Source of the DNA: an uncultured Gemmatimonadales bacterium
Lineage (GTDB): Bacteria > Gemmatimonadota > Gemmatimonadetes > Longimicrobiales > Gaopeijiaceae
Reading direction: 5' to 3'
Assembly: GCA_963823035.1 (NCBI GenBank)
Contig: CAWGKG010000012.1
Location: forward strand, 480,001 to 544,000
Length of the DNA stretch: 64,000 nucleotides
Below, one piece after another: positions 20,031 through 29,742 of this stretch (position 1 is the stretch's first letter; the number at the start of each line of letters is the position of its first letter). Both the position numbers and the translations under genes were made by a program. The notes beneath the pieces were generated by a model. It had not been told where the DNA came from, ran no database searches, and was given only the letters and a program-made list of their open reading frames with translations.

Positions 20031-21305
20031 CTACTTCCGCTCCAGCACCATCGCGAACCCCAGGCCGCCCGCCGCGCACACGGTCACCAGCCCGAGCTGC
20101 GACCCCCGTCGCGCCATCTCGTTCAGGAGGGTGAGCGTCACGCGTCCGCCCGTGGCGCCGAACGGGTGCCCGATCGCGATGGACCCGCCCATGACGTTGA
20201 TGCGATCCAGGTCGGGATGACCGACCGGGGCGTCGCGCCCGAGCTCCCGACGTGCGAAGTCGCGCGACCCCCACGCCTGCAGGTTCGAGAGCACCTGCGC
20301 GGCGAACGCCTCGTGCATCTCCATGAGCTCGATGTCCCCCATCGTGACGCCGGCGCGCTCGAGCGCCCAGGGCGCGGCCCACGCCGGCCCCTGCAGCAAC
20401 TGGTCACCCGGGTCGAGCGCGCTCCACGCCCAGGAGCGCACCCACCCGAGCGGGCGGACCCCCTCGGCCTTCGCCTTCGCCTCGCTCATCAGGACGAGCG
20501 CCGAAGCGCCATCCGTGAGCGGCGACGCGTTGCCCGCCGTCACCGACCCGTGCTTGCGGTCGAACACGGGGGAGAGGCGGGACAGGGCCTCCAAACTCGT
20601 GTCGGAGCGGATGCCATTGTCCGCGGTGACCACGTCGTCGAAGCGCGGGGGAAGGTAGACCGGCGCGATCTCGGAGAGGATGCGACCGTCCGCCACGCCC
20701 GCGGCCGCCCTCCTGTGCGAGCGGAGGGCCCACGCGTCCTGGTCCTCTCGCGAGATGCCGTTCTCCTTCGCCATGCGCTCGGCGGCCTCGCCCATCGTCT
20801 CGCCGGTGGTCGGCTCGGCGATGGCCGGCGCGACCGGGACGAGGTCGCGCGGCCGGATGCGCTTGAAGGGCGCGAGGCGCCGGCCGAGCGACTTGGCCCG
20901 CGACGCTTCGATCAGCGACCTGGAGAGCTCCTCCGACACGGTGATGGGAACGTGCGACAGGGACTCCGCTCCACCCGCGACGACCACGTCGGCCTGGCCG
21001 AGCTCGATGAGGGCGGTGGCGTCGGCGATGGCCTGGTTGGCGGACGAACACGCCCGTGAGACCGTAACGGCGGGCACCGTCTTGGGGAGCACGGCCAGAC
21101 CGACCTCGCGCGCGATGTTGGGTGCCTGCGGGTCGTGGACCACGGTGCCGTAGACGAGGTGGTCGACGTCTTCGCCTCGCAGGCCGCTGCGCGCCAGCGC
21201 CTCGCGGACGGCGACCTTGCCCAGCTCGATCGCCGTCAGGCGCTCGAAGCCGGTTCCGGAGCGGAGGAAGGGCGTGCGACACCCCGCGACGATGACGGTC
21301 TTCAT
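20031..21305 (-). CDS. fadI: Acetyl-CoA C-acyltransferase (thiolase, FadI-like)
   Basis: RTPF, SRACSS, GNASPLTDGA, HEAFAAQ, GHPFGATG, CAAGG. Confidence 0.88.
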   Translation of the reverse strand: MKTVIVAGCRTPFLRSGTGFERLTAIELGKVAVREALARSGLRGEDVDHLVYGTVVHDPQAPNIAREVGLAVLPKTVPAVTVSRACSSANQAIADATALIELGQADVVVAGGAESLSHVPITVSEELSRSLIEASRAKSLGRRLAPFKRIRPRDLVPVAPAIAEPTTGETMGEAAERMAKENGISREDQDAWALRSHRRAAAGVADGRILSEIAPVYLPPRFDDVVTADNGIRSDTSLEALSRLSPVFDRKHGSVTAGNASPLTDGASALVLMSEAKAKAEGVRPLGWVRSWAWSALDPGDQLLQGPAWAAPWALERAGVTMGDIELMEMHEAFAAQVLSNLQAWGSRDFARRELGRDAPVGHPDLDRINVMGGSIAIGHPFGATGGRVTLTLLNEMARRGSQLGLVTVCAAGGLGFAMVLERK

Positions 21306-21484
21306 GCGGGCGACTCCGTGGAGAGGCGGCGTCCGGGACGGGACACCGCGATGAATACCCCGCAGGCCCGCGACGTTTCGGCGGACCCGCAGGCCGCGGT
21401 GGGCGCCCGCTGCGACGCGGGCTATCTTGAGAACGCCCGTGCCCGCGGCGAGCTGCCGCGCTCCTCGAAACGCACACCTCGTCG

Positions 21485-22033
21485 ATGCTCTCCGATCTGC
21501 AACACAAGAAGCTGACCCGGTATTTCCGTGTCTACGACGTGGACGACGACGGCCGCATCGCGCGCCCCGATTTCGAGCGTGTGGTCGAGAACGTACGCGC
21601 GCTCCACGGAGCCGACGAGCAGTCGTCCACGCACCGCAGGCTGCGCGACGGCTACCTGCGACGCTGGGAATCGCTCCGCTCTTCGGCGGACGCGAACCAC
21701 GACGGTGGCGTCGACCTCTCGGAGTGGCTCGCCTACTGGAGCGACGTCCTGTCGGACGAGGATCGCTACGAGGCGGAGGTCGCCGCGGTGACGCGGACGC
21801 TCTTCGACATCTTCGACACGGACGAGGACGGTGCCCTCGGGCCGGACGAGTTCTGCAACTTCTACGGCGTCTACGGCCTCAACTCCGCGACGGCTCGGCA
21901 GGTTTTCGCGGGGCTCGACGCGGACGGGGACGGGATCGTGAGCCGCCAGGAGCTCGAGGCCATGGCCCACGAGTTCTACCGGAGCGACGATCCGCGTGCG
22001 CCGGGAAACCGGCTCTTCGGCCCGACCGGCTGA
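21485..22033 (+). CDS. Four EF-hand calcium-binding protein (calerythrin-like)
   Basis: Loops DVDDDGRI, DANHDGGV, DTDEDGAL, DADGDGIV; ends PGNRLFGP. Confidence 0.9.
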   Translation: MLSDLQHKKLTRYFRVYDVDDDGRIARPDFERVVENVRALHGADEQSSTHRRLRDGYLRRWESLRSSADANHDGGVDLSEWLAYWSDVLSDEDRYEAEVAAVTRTLFDIFDTDEDGALGPDEFCNFYGVYGLNSATARQVFAGLDADGDGIVSRQELEAMAHEFYRSDDPRAPGNRLFGPTG

Positions 22034-22047
22034 GGGGGCGGCGCCCC

Positions 22048-23304
22048 ATGCGTGCCGTCCGCTTCGACGTCACCATCCCGGGCTTTCTGCTGGGGAAGGC
22101 CCTCGGGAGGGTCACGCAGTCCGTCGTCTTCGGAAGGATGAGCGGCCTCCGCTTGACGGACGTCGCCGAGCCTGAGTTGCCGGGGCGCGACTGGGTACGT
22201 CTCGAGGTGCTCAAGGCCGGCATCTGCGGCACCGACATCGGCAATCTCACCTTCTCGGCCAGCCCGGCCATGGAGCCCTTCGGCTCCTTCCCCGCGGTGC
22301 TCGGGCACGAGATCCTCGCGCGGGTGACGGAGGTGGGACCCGACGTGCGCTCGGTCGAACCGGGACACCGGGTCGTGGTGGACCCCCTGGTCTCCTGCAC
22401 GATGCGCGGGTACGGAGGCGCCGAGCGATGCCCCTCCTGCGCCGAGGGGATGCAGAACACCTGTGGTCGCATGGGCGAGGAAGGCAGGCTCGAGATCTCG
22501 GGTCACAGCCTGCGCCGTGGCACCACGATCGGTTACCACGCGGACCTCCCGGGCGGTTGGGGAGAGCGCGTGATCGCGCACGAGAGCCAGCTGCTCGTGG
22601 TGGACGACGCGCTCGACGATCGCACCGCGGTGCTGATCGAGCCGTTGTCGGTGGGGATGCACGCGGTGCTCCAGCTCCGACCTTGGGGGGATGGCCCCAT
22701 CCTCGTGGTGGGGAGCGGGCCGATCGCGCTCGGCACCGTATGGGCCCTGCGCGCCGCCGGCTACGAGGGTCACCTCGTGGCGCAGATCAAGCGCGGGCAC
22801 GAGGCGGCCGTGGCGCGCGCCCTCGGCGCGAGTGAAGTGGTATCCCCCGGCGACGAAGCGCGACAGGCGCTGGTCGACACGGGCGCGAGCGCCTACATGC
22901 CGATCGTTGGCGACGAGGTGTACGTCGGGGGTGGCTTCCCCCTGATCTTCGACTGCGTGGGCAGCCGGCAGAGCCTCGACCAGTCGCTCCGCTACGCCGC
23001 GGCGCGCGGCCGCATCGTCATGCTCGGGTGCGCCGCCGAGATCCGGAAGCTCGACCTGACGTTCGTGTGGGCGCACGAGATCACCGTGCGTGGCTTCGTC
23101 TGCTACGGGCGGGAGTCGTGGGAGGGTGGCCACCCGCACACCTTCCGCATCACCCACGACCTGCTCGTCCGGGGCGGCGCGCCGGTTTCGGACATCGTCA
23201 CGCACGTCTTCCCGCTCCGGCAGTACCGCAACGCCCTGTCGACGGCCGCGAAACGCCGCAAGTCGGGCTCGATCAAGGTGTTGCTGGACCCGAGCGAGGG
23301 GTGA
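22048..23304 (+). CDS. Zinc-dependent alcohol dehydrogenase (MDR family)
   Basis: GICGTD, LGHE, structural Cys cluster, GSGPIA, FDCVGS. Confidence 0.9.
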   Translation: MRAVRFDVTIPGFLLGKALGRVTQSVVFGRMSGLRLTDVAEPELPGRDWVRLEVLKAGICGTDIGNLTFSASPAMEPFGSFPAVLGHEILARVTEVGPDVRSVEPGHRVVVDPLVSCTMRGYGGAERCPSCAEGMQNTCGRMGEEGRLEISGHSLRRGTTIGYHADLPGGWGERVIAHESQLLVVDDALDDRTAVLIEPLSVGMHAVLQLRPWGDGPILVVGSGPIALGTVWALRAAGYEGHLVAQIKRGHEAAVARALGASEVVSPGDEARQALVDTGASAYMPIVGDEVYVGGGFPLIFDCVGSRQSLDQSLRYAAARGRIVMLGCAAEIRKLDLTFVWAHEITVRGFVCYGRESWEGGHPHTFRITHDLLVRGGAPVSDIVTHVFPLRQYRNALSTAAKRRKSGSIKVLLDPSEG

Positions 23305-23317
23305 CGGAGACGAGCGG

Positions 23318-24585
23318 ATGAGCGCGCGCGTCGTGGTGGTGGGAGGAGGCATCATCGGCGTGAGCTGCGCGTACCATCTGGCGCTGCGCGGGGCCGACGT
23401 GGTGCTCCTCGAGCGGGAGAGCCTCGGCGCCGGGGCGTCGTACGGGAACGCGGGTACGGTGAGCGCGGGGCACCCCCCGCTCAACAAGCCCGGTCGGGTG
23501 CGGCGCGCGATCCTCCAGATGATGGATCCCACCAGCCCGCTGTACATCCGACCGCGTTGGGATCCCGCGCTCTTCCGGTGGCTCGTGGACTTCGCGCGCC
23601 ACTGCACGGAGGAGCACGTGCGTGCCGCCATGCAGGTGATGGCGCCGCTCGGCCTGGAGGCGCTGCGCCTCTTCGACGGGCTGATGGAGGAGGAGTCCAT
23701 CGACTGCGGCTATCGGCGCGACGGGTACTTCGACGTGTGCCTCACGAGCGAGGGGCTCCGCGAGGCGCGTCACGAGGCCGGGATCATCCGCGACCACGGC
23801 TACCACCCCGAAGGTGATGGACGGCGAGGGGCTCCGCCGTGCGGAGCCCGCGCTCGCCGAGGGCGTGGTGGGCGGCATCTTCTACCCGGAGGCGGCCACG
23901 CTGGACCCCTTCCGTCTCGTGACCGGGCTGGGGGACGCGTTGCGCCGGCGCGGCGTGGAGGTACGCGAGGGCGCGTCCGTCGCGGAGCCGTTGGAGCGCG
24001 GCGGGCGGGTGCGAGGCGTGCAGCTCGAGGACGGCACCGCCGTCGAGGCGGATGTCACGGTGCTGGCCACGGGTCCGTTCAGCCTGGCGCTTGCCGCGCC
24101 GCCTCGGAACGCGGCTACCGGTGCAGCCGGGGAAGGGCTACCACCGGGATCTCCCGATCGGTCCGGGGGGCGCACCCGACCTGCGCGTGGCGTGTGTGCT
24201 CAACGAGCGCTCGGTCTTCTGTACGCCGATGAGCGGCTTCGTGCGCTTCGCGGGCACGATGGAGTTCTCCGGGCTGAATCTCGAGATGCGCCCCGAGCGT
24301 CTCGACCAGCTGACGCGCAGCGCGAAGAGGTACTTCCCCGCGCTGGAAGCGGAGAGCCCGCTCTCCGAGTGGGTCGGACTGCGCCCGATGGCCTCGGACG
24401 GGCTGCCGATCGTCGGTCCGCTTCCCGGCGCGGAGGGAGTGTGTGTCGCCACCGGCCACGGAATGCTCGGCGTGACGCTGGGGCCGGTCACAGGCAGCAT
24501 CGTGGCGGATTGGGTGCTGGATGGCGCGACCGACGAGACCTGGGCGCGGCTCGCCCCGGCGCGCTTTGCGCCGGAGCCGCGCTAG
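23318..24585 (+). CDS. FAD-dependent D-amino acid dehydrogenase-like oxidoreductase (apparent frameshifts near 23812 and 24100)
   Basis: VVGGGIIG, GASYGNAG, PGKGY, WVGLRP, ATGHGMLG.TLGP.TG across three frames. Confidence 0.85.
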
Positions 24586-27164
24586 CGGGGCTCGCCGCCG
24601 CCCCGAGCGCTGCCGAGCAACCCGGCGATCTCGGCCAACCGGGGATGGTCGGGTGCGAGAACGCCCCGGTAGGTGGCGAGCGCGGACTCGAGCAGGCGGG
24701 CGCCCTCGTCGTGGCGGCCCACCTTCACGAGCAGCTGCGCCCAGTCGACCTCCACGCTCGCCTCCAGGAGGGAGTCCGGACCGTAGGCCGCCCGCAGCGC
24801 GTCGGAGGCAAGCCGGTACGTGCGCAGCGCGTCGGCGGTGCGACCCTGCCCGGCGAGGAGTCCGGCGAGCGACTGGAGCGCGGCCCCGTGCAGATCGGGG
24901 CGGGGCTGCGAGGTCGCCTCGAACATGCGGATGGCCTGGCGCAGGGCGGCCTCCGCCTCGGTCGGGTCGCCGCTGCGGGCCAGGTGCCGCCCCAGGCTGA
25001 AGAGGCTCTGCGCGAGTGAGGAGATGTTGCCCCCGTCCGCGTCGCCGTAGAGCCGCTCGTCGACGGAGACCGCTTCGCGCAGGAGGACGGTGGCGCTGTC
25101 CTGGTTGCCCTGCTGCACCGCCACGGACGCCATCCCGATCAGGATGGGAGGAACGTTCGGATCGTCGTGGCCATGGAGGTCTTCCACGATCCGCAGCGCT
25201 TCCGCATACAGCGGCGCCGCCTCCGCGCTCGACCGCTGGACCTGCAGGTACTCGGCGAGGAGATAGAGCGCCTGTGCGTACGGCTCGTCGTGCGTCATCT
25301 CGAGCGTTCGGAAGGCACGGACCGACTCGCGGAACTCCCGCTCGGCCGCCGACGCGTCGCCCGCAAGGTGGAGCGTCCTGGCGAGGTCGAAGGTGGCGAG
25401 CGCGACCGTGGCATCGTCGGGCCCCCTCACGGAGCGGTGCAGGTCGCGCGCGTCGCGGAGCACCGTCGCGGCCTCCTCCAGCTCACCTTGGTCGAGCAGG
25501 GCGGTGCCGAGCTCCGACAGGGTCGTGGCACGGTCCTCCGGGCGGATCTCGCGCAGGTGTTGCTGCAGCGAGACCGCCTGGCGAAGGAGCTCGACGGCGG
25601 ACTCGTTGAGACCGAGGTGATGATAGACCGAGCCGAGCACGGTCATCATCTCGGCCTGGAGCTCGGCCTCTCCGGCGTGGTCGTGTTGGATCTTCTCGGC
25701 GCCTCGATCCAGAAGCTCCCGCGCCGTGAGCGTCTCGCCGTCGGCGAGGGCCGGATTGGCCACCTCGAACAGCTCGCGCATGAAGTGGGAGATCTCCTCG
25801 GCGCGGTCGCGCTCGCGGGCGATCTCCTCCGATTGGTCGCGGGTCGTCAGCGCGAAGCGCACCAGGAGGACGACGAGCGTGCTCAGCAGCACCACCACCG
25901 TGGCGGCCGCGGACACCGCGAGGGCGTTCCGGGTGAGGAAGCGGGACGCCACGTAGCGGAAGCCCTCCGGCCGGGCCTTCACCGGGAAGCCTTCGATGTG
26001 CCGCCGGATGTCCTCGGCCAGCGCCTCCACGGAGGCGTAGCGCCGGTCGGTCTCCTTGCGGAGCGCCTTCAGCACGATGTTGTCGAGGTCGCCACGAAGC
26101 CTGCGGCCGAGCGCGCGTACGCTGAGCCCCATCGCGTTGGCGGCCGTGACCACGTCCCGCGTCTCCGGCGTCACCTCGGCGGTGGCCTTCGCCCAGCGGG
26201 CGATCCGGTGCGAGGGCACCGGCACCGGATGCTTGCAGATGGCGTCCATCCACGACGCCTCCGTGGCCACCTCGTACGGGGGCACGCCGGTCAGCAGTTC
26301 GTGCAGGATCACGCCGAGCGTGTAGACGTCGGACGCGGTCGTCACGGGCTCGCCCTTGAGCTGCTCCGGGCTGGCGTAACGCGGGGTCATGAGGCGGCCG
26401 CCGAGGCTCGTGGCGGTCAGCGTGCCCTCGCCCGGCTCGATCAGGCGGGCGATGCCGAAGTCGAGCAGCTTCACCTGACCCTCGGCCGTCACCAGGACGT
26501 TGTTCGGCTTGAGATCCCGGTGGACGACGAGCTTGCGGTGCGCGAAGGAAACGGCGTCGCACACGTTCAAGAAGAGCCGCAGGCGCTCCTCGAACCCGAC
26601 CTGGCGGAGGCGGCAGAACTCCGTGAGCGGGAGTCCCCGCACGTACTCCATCACGAAGTACGGCGTGCCGTCGTCGGTCATCCCTCCGTCGTAGAGACGC
26701 GCGATGTTCGGATGCTCGAGGCGCGCGAGGATCCGCCGCTCCTCGAGGAATCGGCGGTGGGACTCCGGCGTGGCAGCCCCGACCGGGAGCAGCTTGAGCG
26801 CGGCCGTCAGCTCGAACTGGCCGTCCGCGCGCTCCGCGGTGTACACCACGCCCATGCCGCCGCGGCCCAACAGGGCGCCCAGGCGATACGCCCCCACGCG
26901 GCGGCCCTCCATGTCCGTGTCGGGGCCGGGGCGCCCCTTGGGGCCGGAGGCCTCCTGCGTGATGCCCGCACGTCCGGCCAGATCCGTGAAGTACGCGTCC
27001 GCCTCGGTCGCTGCCTGGATCAGCGACTCCACCTCGGCGCGCAGCCCGTGGTCGTCCGCGCACACGCGATCCAGGTAGGCACCCCGCTCCGTCGACGCCA
27101 GCTCGAGGGCATCCGCGAGAATCTCCTGCACCCGCTCCCAGCGTTCGGCTTCCGTTACGCTCAT
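24582..27164 (-). CDS. Membrane Ser/Thr protein kinase with C-terminal TPR repeats
   Basis: GRGGMG, ALK, HRDLKPNN, DFG, YASPE; a TM helix followed by TPR-like helical repeats. Confidence 0.93.
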   Translation of the reverse strand: MSVTEAERWERVQEILADALELASTERGAYLDRVCADDHGLRAEVESLIQAATEADAYFTDLAGRAGITQEASGPKGRPGPDTDMEGRRVGAYRLGALLGRGGMGVVYTAERADGQFELTAALKLLPVGAATPESHRRFLEERRILARLEHPNIARLYDGGMTDDGTPYFVMEYVRGLPLTEFCRLRQVGFEERLRLFLNVCDAVSFAHRKLVVHRDLKPNNVLVTAEGQVKLLDFGIARLIEPGEGTLTATSLGGRLMTPRYASPEQLKGEPVTTASDVYTLGVILHELLTGVPPYEVATEASWMDAICKHPVPVPSHRIARWAKATAEVTPETRDVVTAANAMGLSVRALGRRLRGDLDNIVLKALRKETDRRYASVEALAEDIRRHIEGFPVKARPEGFRYVASRFLTRNALAVSAAATVVVLLSTLVVLLVRFALTTRDQSEEIARERDRAEEISHFMRELFEVANPALADGETLTARELLDRGAEKIQHDHAGEAELQAEMMTVLGSVYHHLGLNESAVELLRQAVSLQQHLREIRPEDRATTLSELGTALLDQGELEEAATVLRDARDLHRSVRGPDDATVALATFDLARTLHLAGDASAAEREFRESVRAFRTLEMTHDEPYAQALYLLAEYLQVQRSSAEAAPLYAEALRIVEDLHGHDDPNVPPILIGMASVAVQQGNQDSATVLLREAVSVDERLYGDADGGNISSLAQSLFSLGRHLARSGDPTEAEAALRQAIRMFEATSQPRPDLHGAALQSLAGLLAGQGRTADALRTYRLASDALRAAYGPDSLLEASVEVDWAQLLVKVGRHDEGARLLESALATYRGVLAPDHPRLAEIAGLLGSARGGGEPR

Positions 27165-27175
27165 CGCCGTTCGGG

Positions 27176-27772
27176 TCAGTCGGGCCGCGCGGTCGTGCTC
27201 GGGTCGGCCTGCATCTCTCGGTAGAGCCAGGCCCGGGCGGCGCTCCAGTCGCGTTTGACCGTCGCGGGAGACGTCTCGAGAGCGTCCGCCGTCTCCTCCA
27301 CGGTGAAGCCGGCGTAGAAGAGGCACTCCACCACGCGGGCCTGGCGGGGGCTCATCGCCTCCAGGCGCTTCAGCGCCGCGTCCAGCGTGAGGATCTCGTC
27401 GAGCGCTTCGTCCGTCGCTGCGTCCGCTTCATGCAACGTGACGTGCGAGGCGCCGCCGCCCCGTTTCTGCGCCCCTTTCTTCTCGGCGTAGTTGATCAGC
27501 ACCTGGCGCATCGCCTGCGCTGCCACCGCGAAGAAGTGGCTGCGGTTCTCGTACCGGGGATTGTTGGAGGAGGCCACCTTGAGGTAGGCCTCGTGGATGA
27601 GCGCCGTCGTGTCCAGGGTGTTGTTGCCCTGCCAACCGCGACGGCGCGAGCGCGCGAGCTGGCGCAGCCGCGGATAGACGGACGCGAAGACTTCGTCCAG
27701 GGCACCGTCGTGCCCCCTGCCGGCGGCCATCAGGAGCTGGGTGATCTCCTGGAGGTCGGACCCATCCGCCAT
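27176..27772 (-). CDS. ECF sigma factor of the kinase-associated (TIGR02999/ECF43-like) type
   Basis: ITQLL, LDTTALIHEAYLK, HFFAVAAQAMRQVL, KRGGG, TVKRDW..ARAWL; directly upstream of the kinase gene. Confidence 0.92.
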   Translation of the reverse strand: MADGSDLQEITQLLMAAGRGHDGALDEVFASVYPRLRQLARSRRRGWQGNNTLDTTALIHEAYLKVASSNNPRYENRSHFFAVAAQAMRQVLINYAEKKGAQKRGGGASHVTLHEADAATDEALDEILTLDAALKRLEAMSPRQARVVECLFYAGFTVEETADALETSPATVKRDWSAARAWLYREMQADPSTTARPD

Positions 27773-27942
27773 CTGAGCCCCCCATGCTCGGGTTCCGGTA
27801 TGCCCAACGGGAGCGAGCCTCCGGTGGACGGCGAGGCTTCAGGATACGCCGGGGCGGTGTCTCTCCACAACGAACTTCCCAGGATCACGCCTGGGGTACG
27901 CGTGGGCGACGGGCGGGCGAAACGGGACGGGAGGGGGCGATC

Positions 27943-28662
27943 ATGGGTGGATCGGGGGCGGTGAGGCTGTTGGACGTCGGCGTTCCGCGCTTCTTCACGC
28001 GCCGAAGGCCGGTGGCGGTGCCCGAGGTCGTGGGCCCGGCGCCGACGCCGCGCGAGGAGCAGGAGCCGAGGGCGGAGGCCCTCCTCCTCGTCGAGTTGGA
28101 CGGATGGGCGCAGCGCCTCCAAGCCGACCCGACCAGCGCGCGGCGCATGCGCGCGCGGGTCCGGCGCATGGTCCGCGGCGCGGCCCTGCGCTACGCCGGA
28201 GAGGTGGAGCGCGAGGAGCACGGCTCGGTCGTCTGTCGCTTCTCCTGGATGCGGGGTGCCGCCCTCGCGGCGGCACACGTCCGCTCGGCGCTCGGCGGCG
28301 ACGGCGGAATCCCCGTGCGCATGGTGGTGCATCGGGCGGGCCGGGCCGACGCCGTGGCGGGCGCGGCCGTGCTGCGCGACCTCGCTCGCGCAGGAGACAT
28401 CCTCCTCGCCGGTGAAGTGGCAAGCAGGCGCGGCGGGCACGGCGTCGGGGACGCGGCGGCGTCCCTCGGGACCTTCCTGCTCGCCGGGGTGCCGGGGCCG
28501 ATCCGGGTGTCCGTGCTCGAGACGGCCGTGCGCGATACGCCGCGGGAGGCGGCCGTCTGGGGCGCACCGTGGATGGCACGACTGGGCCGGAAAGGGCTGG
28601 CTGAGGGCGCCGGAGGCGGGGCAGGCGGCCTCCCGGAAGCGACGCTCGGCCGGCGAGGGTGA
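27943..28662 (+). CDS. Hypothetical protein with a degenerate class III nucleotidyl cyclase-like fold
   Basis: LLLVELDGW, RYAGEVE..HGSVVCRF, PVRMVVH, AVAGAAVL.DLARAGDILL, LGTFLLAGVPGP follow the order of cyclase motifs; start uncertain. Confidence 0.5.
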   Translation: MGGSGAVRLLDVGVPRFFTRRRPVAVPEVVGPAPTPREEQEPRAEALLLVELDGWAQRLQADPTSARRMRARVRRMVRGAALRYAGEVEREEHGSVVCRFSWMRGAALAAAHVRSALGGDGGIPVRMVVHRAGRADAVAGAAVLRDLARAGDILLAGEVASRRGGHGVGDAAASLGTFLLAGVPGPIRVSVLETAVRDTPREAAVWGAPWMARLGRKGLAEGAGGGAGGLPEATLGRRG

Positions 28663-28665
28663 CCG

Positions 28666-29211
28666 CTACAGGTCGAGGCGCAGCTCGTCGGGGTGGATCC
28701 GGCTCGCCTCCGTGGCGCCGTCCGCGTGCACGTTCTCGACCGCGAGGAGCGCGACCTTCACGCCCAGCCCGCCGGTGAAGCCACCCAGGCGACCGTCCGC
28801 GGCCACCACCCGGTGGCAGGGAATCACGATGGGGATCGGGTTGGCGCCCACGGCCTGCCCGACGGCCCGCGCGAGCTCCGCACGCCCGACGGCCTCGGCG
28901 AGCTCTCCGTAGGTGGTCACGCGCCCATGCGGGATCTTCACCAACCGGGTGTACACGTCGCGCTGGAAATCCGTGGCTGCATCGAGGTCGAGCGGGAGGT
29001 CGAAATCGCGGCGCTCCCGGCGGAAGTACTCCTCGATCTGCCGCACGACGTCGCGGAGGAGGGGCGGCCAACTGTCCGGCGGGTCGGGATGCCCGTCTTC
29101 CGGAAGGGGGCCGAACTCGATGCGGCGCAGCCCGCGGGCCGAGACCCATACGGTGAGGGGCCCGGCGGGGGTGTCGCTCAGGTGGGCGGAGTGGATGTCC
29201 GTGGCGCTCAG
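28666..29211 (-). CDS. ogt: Methylated-DNA--protein-cysteine methyltransferase
   Basis: TDFQ, IPHGRVTTYGELA, ARAVG, NPIPIVIPCHRV; start codon unclear near the sufU stop. Confidence 0.9.
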   Translation of the reverse strand: MSATDIHSAHLSDTPAGPLTVWVSARGLRRIEFGPLPEDGHPDPPDSWPPLLRDVVRQIEEYFRRERRDFDLPLDLDAATDFQRDVYTRLVKIPHGRVTTYGELAEAVGRAELARAVGQAVGANPIPIVIPCHRVVAADGRLGGFTGGLGVKVALLAVENVHADGATEASRIHPDELRLDL

Positions 29212-29660
29212 TGCTCCTCGCTCTCCCCGGTCTTCTTGAGCGCCTCCTGGAGCGCGTCGAACCCCAGGAGGGCGCACTTGACGCGCACCGGGAACTTGCT
29301 GACTCCTGCCAGCGCCCGGAGGTCGCCCATGCCACGATCCTTCGCGGCGTCGGCGTCCCCGTGCATCATCGCCTTGAAGCGCTCGGCGAGGGCGTCCGCG
29401 TCCGACAGCGACCTGCCCGTGACGAGCGAGGTCATCATGCTCACGGCGGCCTGGGAGATGGAGCAACCCTGGCCGACGAACTTCGCCTCCTCGATGCGGT
29501 CGCCGTCGATGCGGAGCTGGAGACGGATCTCGTCTCCACACGACGGATTGCGCATATGGATCTCCACGGTCTTCTCGGGGAGCTCCCCCTTGTTCCGCGG
29601 CTTCCGGTAGTGCTCGAGGATGAGCTGTTGGTAAAGCGAGTTGAGAGGTGGCGTCTCCAT
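29208..29660 (-). CDS. sufU: SUF system NifU-like sulfur transfer protein
   Basis: LYQQLILEHY, NPSCGD, GCSISQA, RVKCA. Confidence 0.93.
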   Translation of the reverse strand: METPPLNSLYQQLILEHYRKPRNKGELPEKTVEIHMRNPSCGDEIRLQLRIDGDRIEEAKFVGQGCSISQAAVSMMTSLVTGRSLSDADALAERFKAMMHGDADAAKDRGMGDLRALAGVSKFPVRVKCALLGFDALQEALKKTGESEEH

Positions 29661-29742
29661 GACGGCCCCTTTTGGCGTTCGGATTCAGCAATGTACGTGG
29701 TCGCGCGCGGCGCGACAGGATCCGGCGTGTCCCGCGGGTGCG

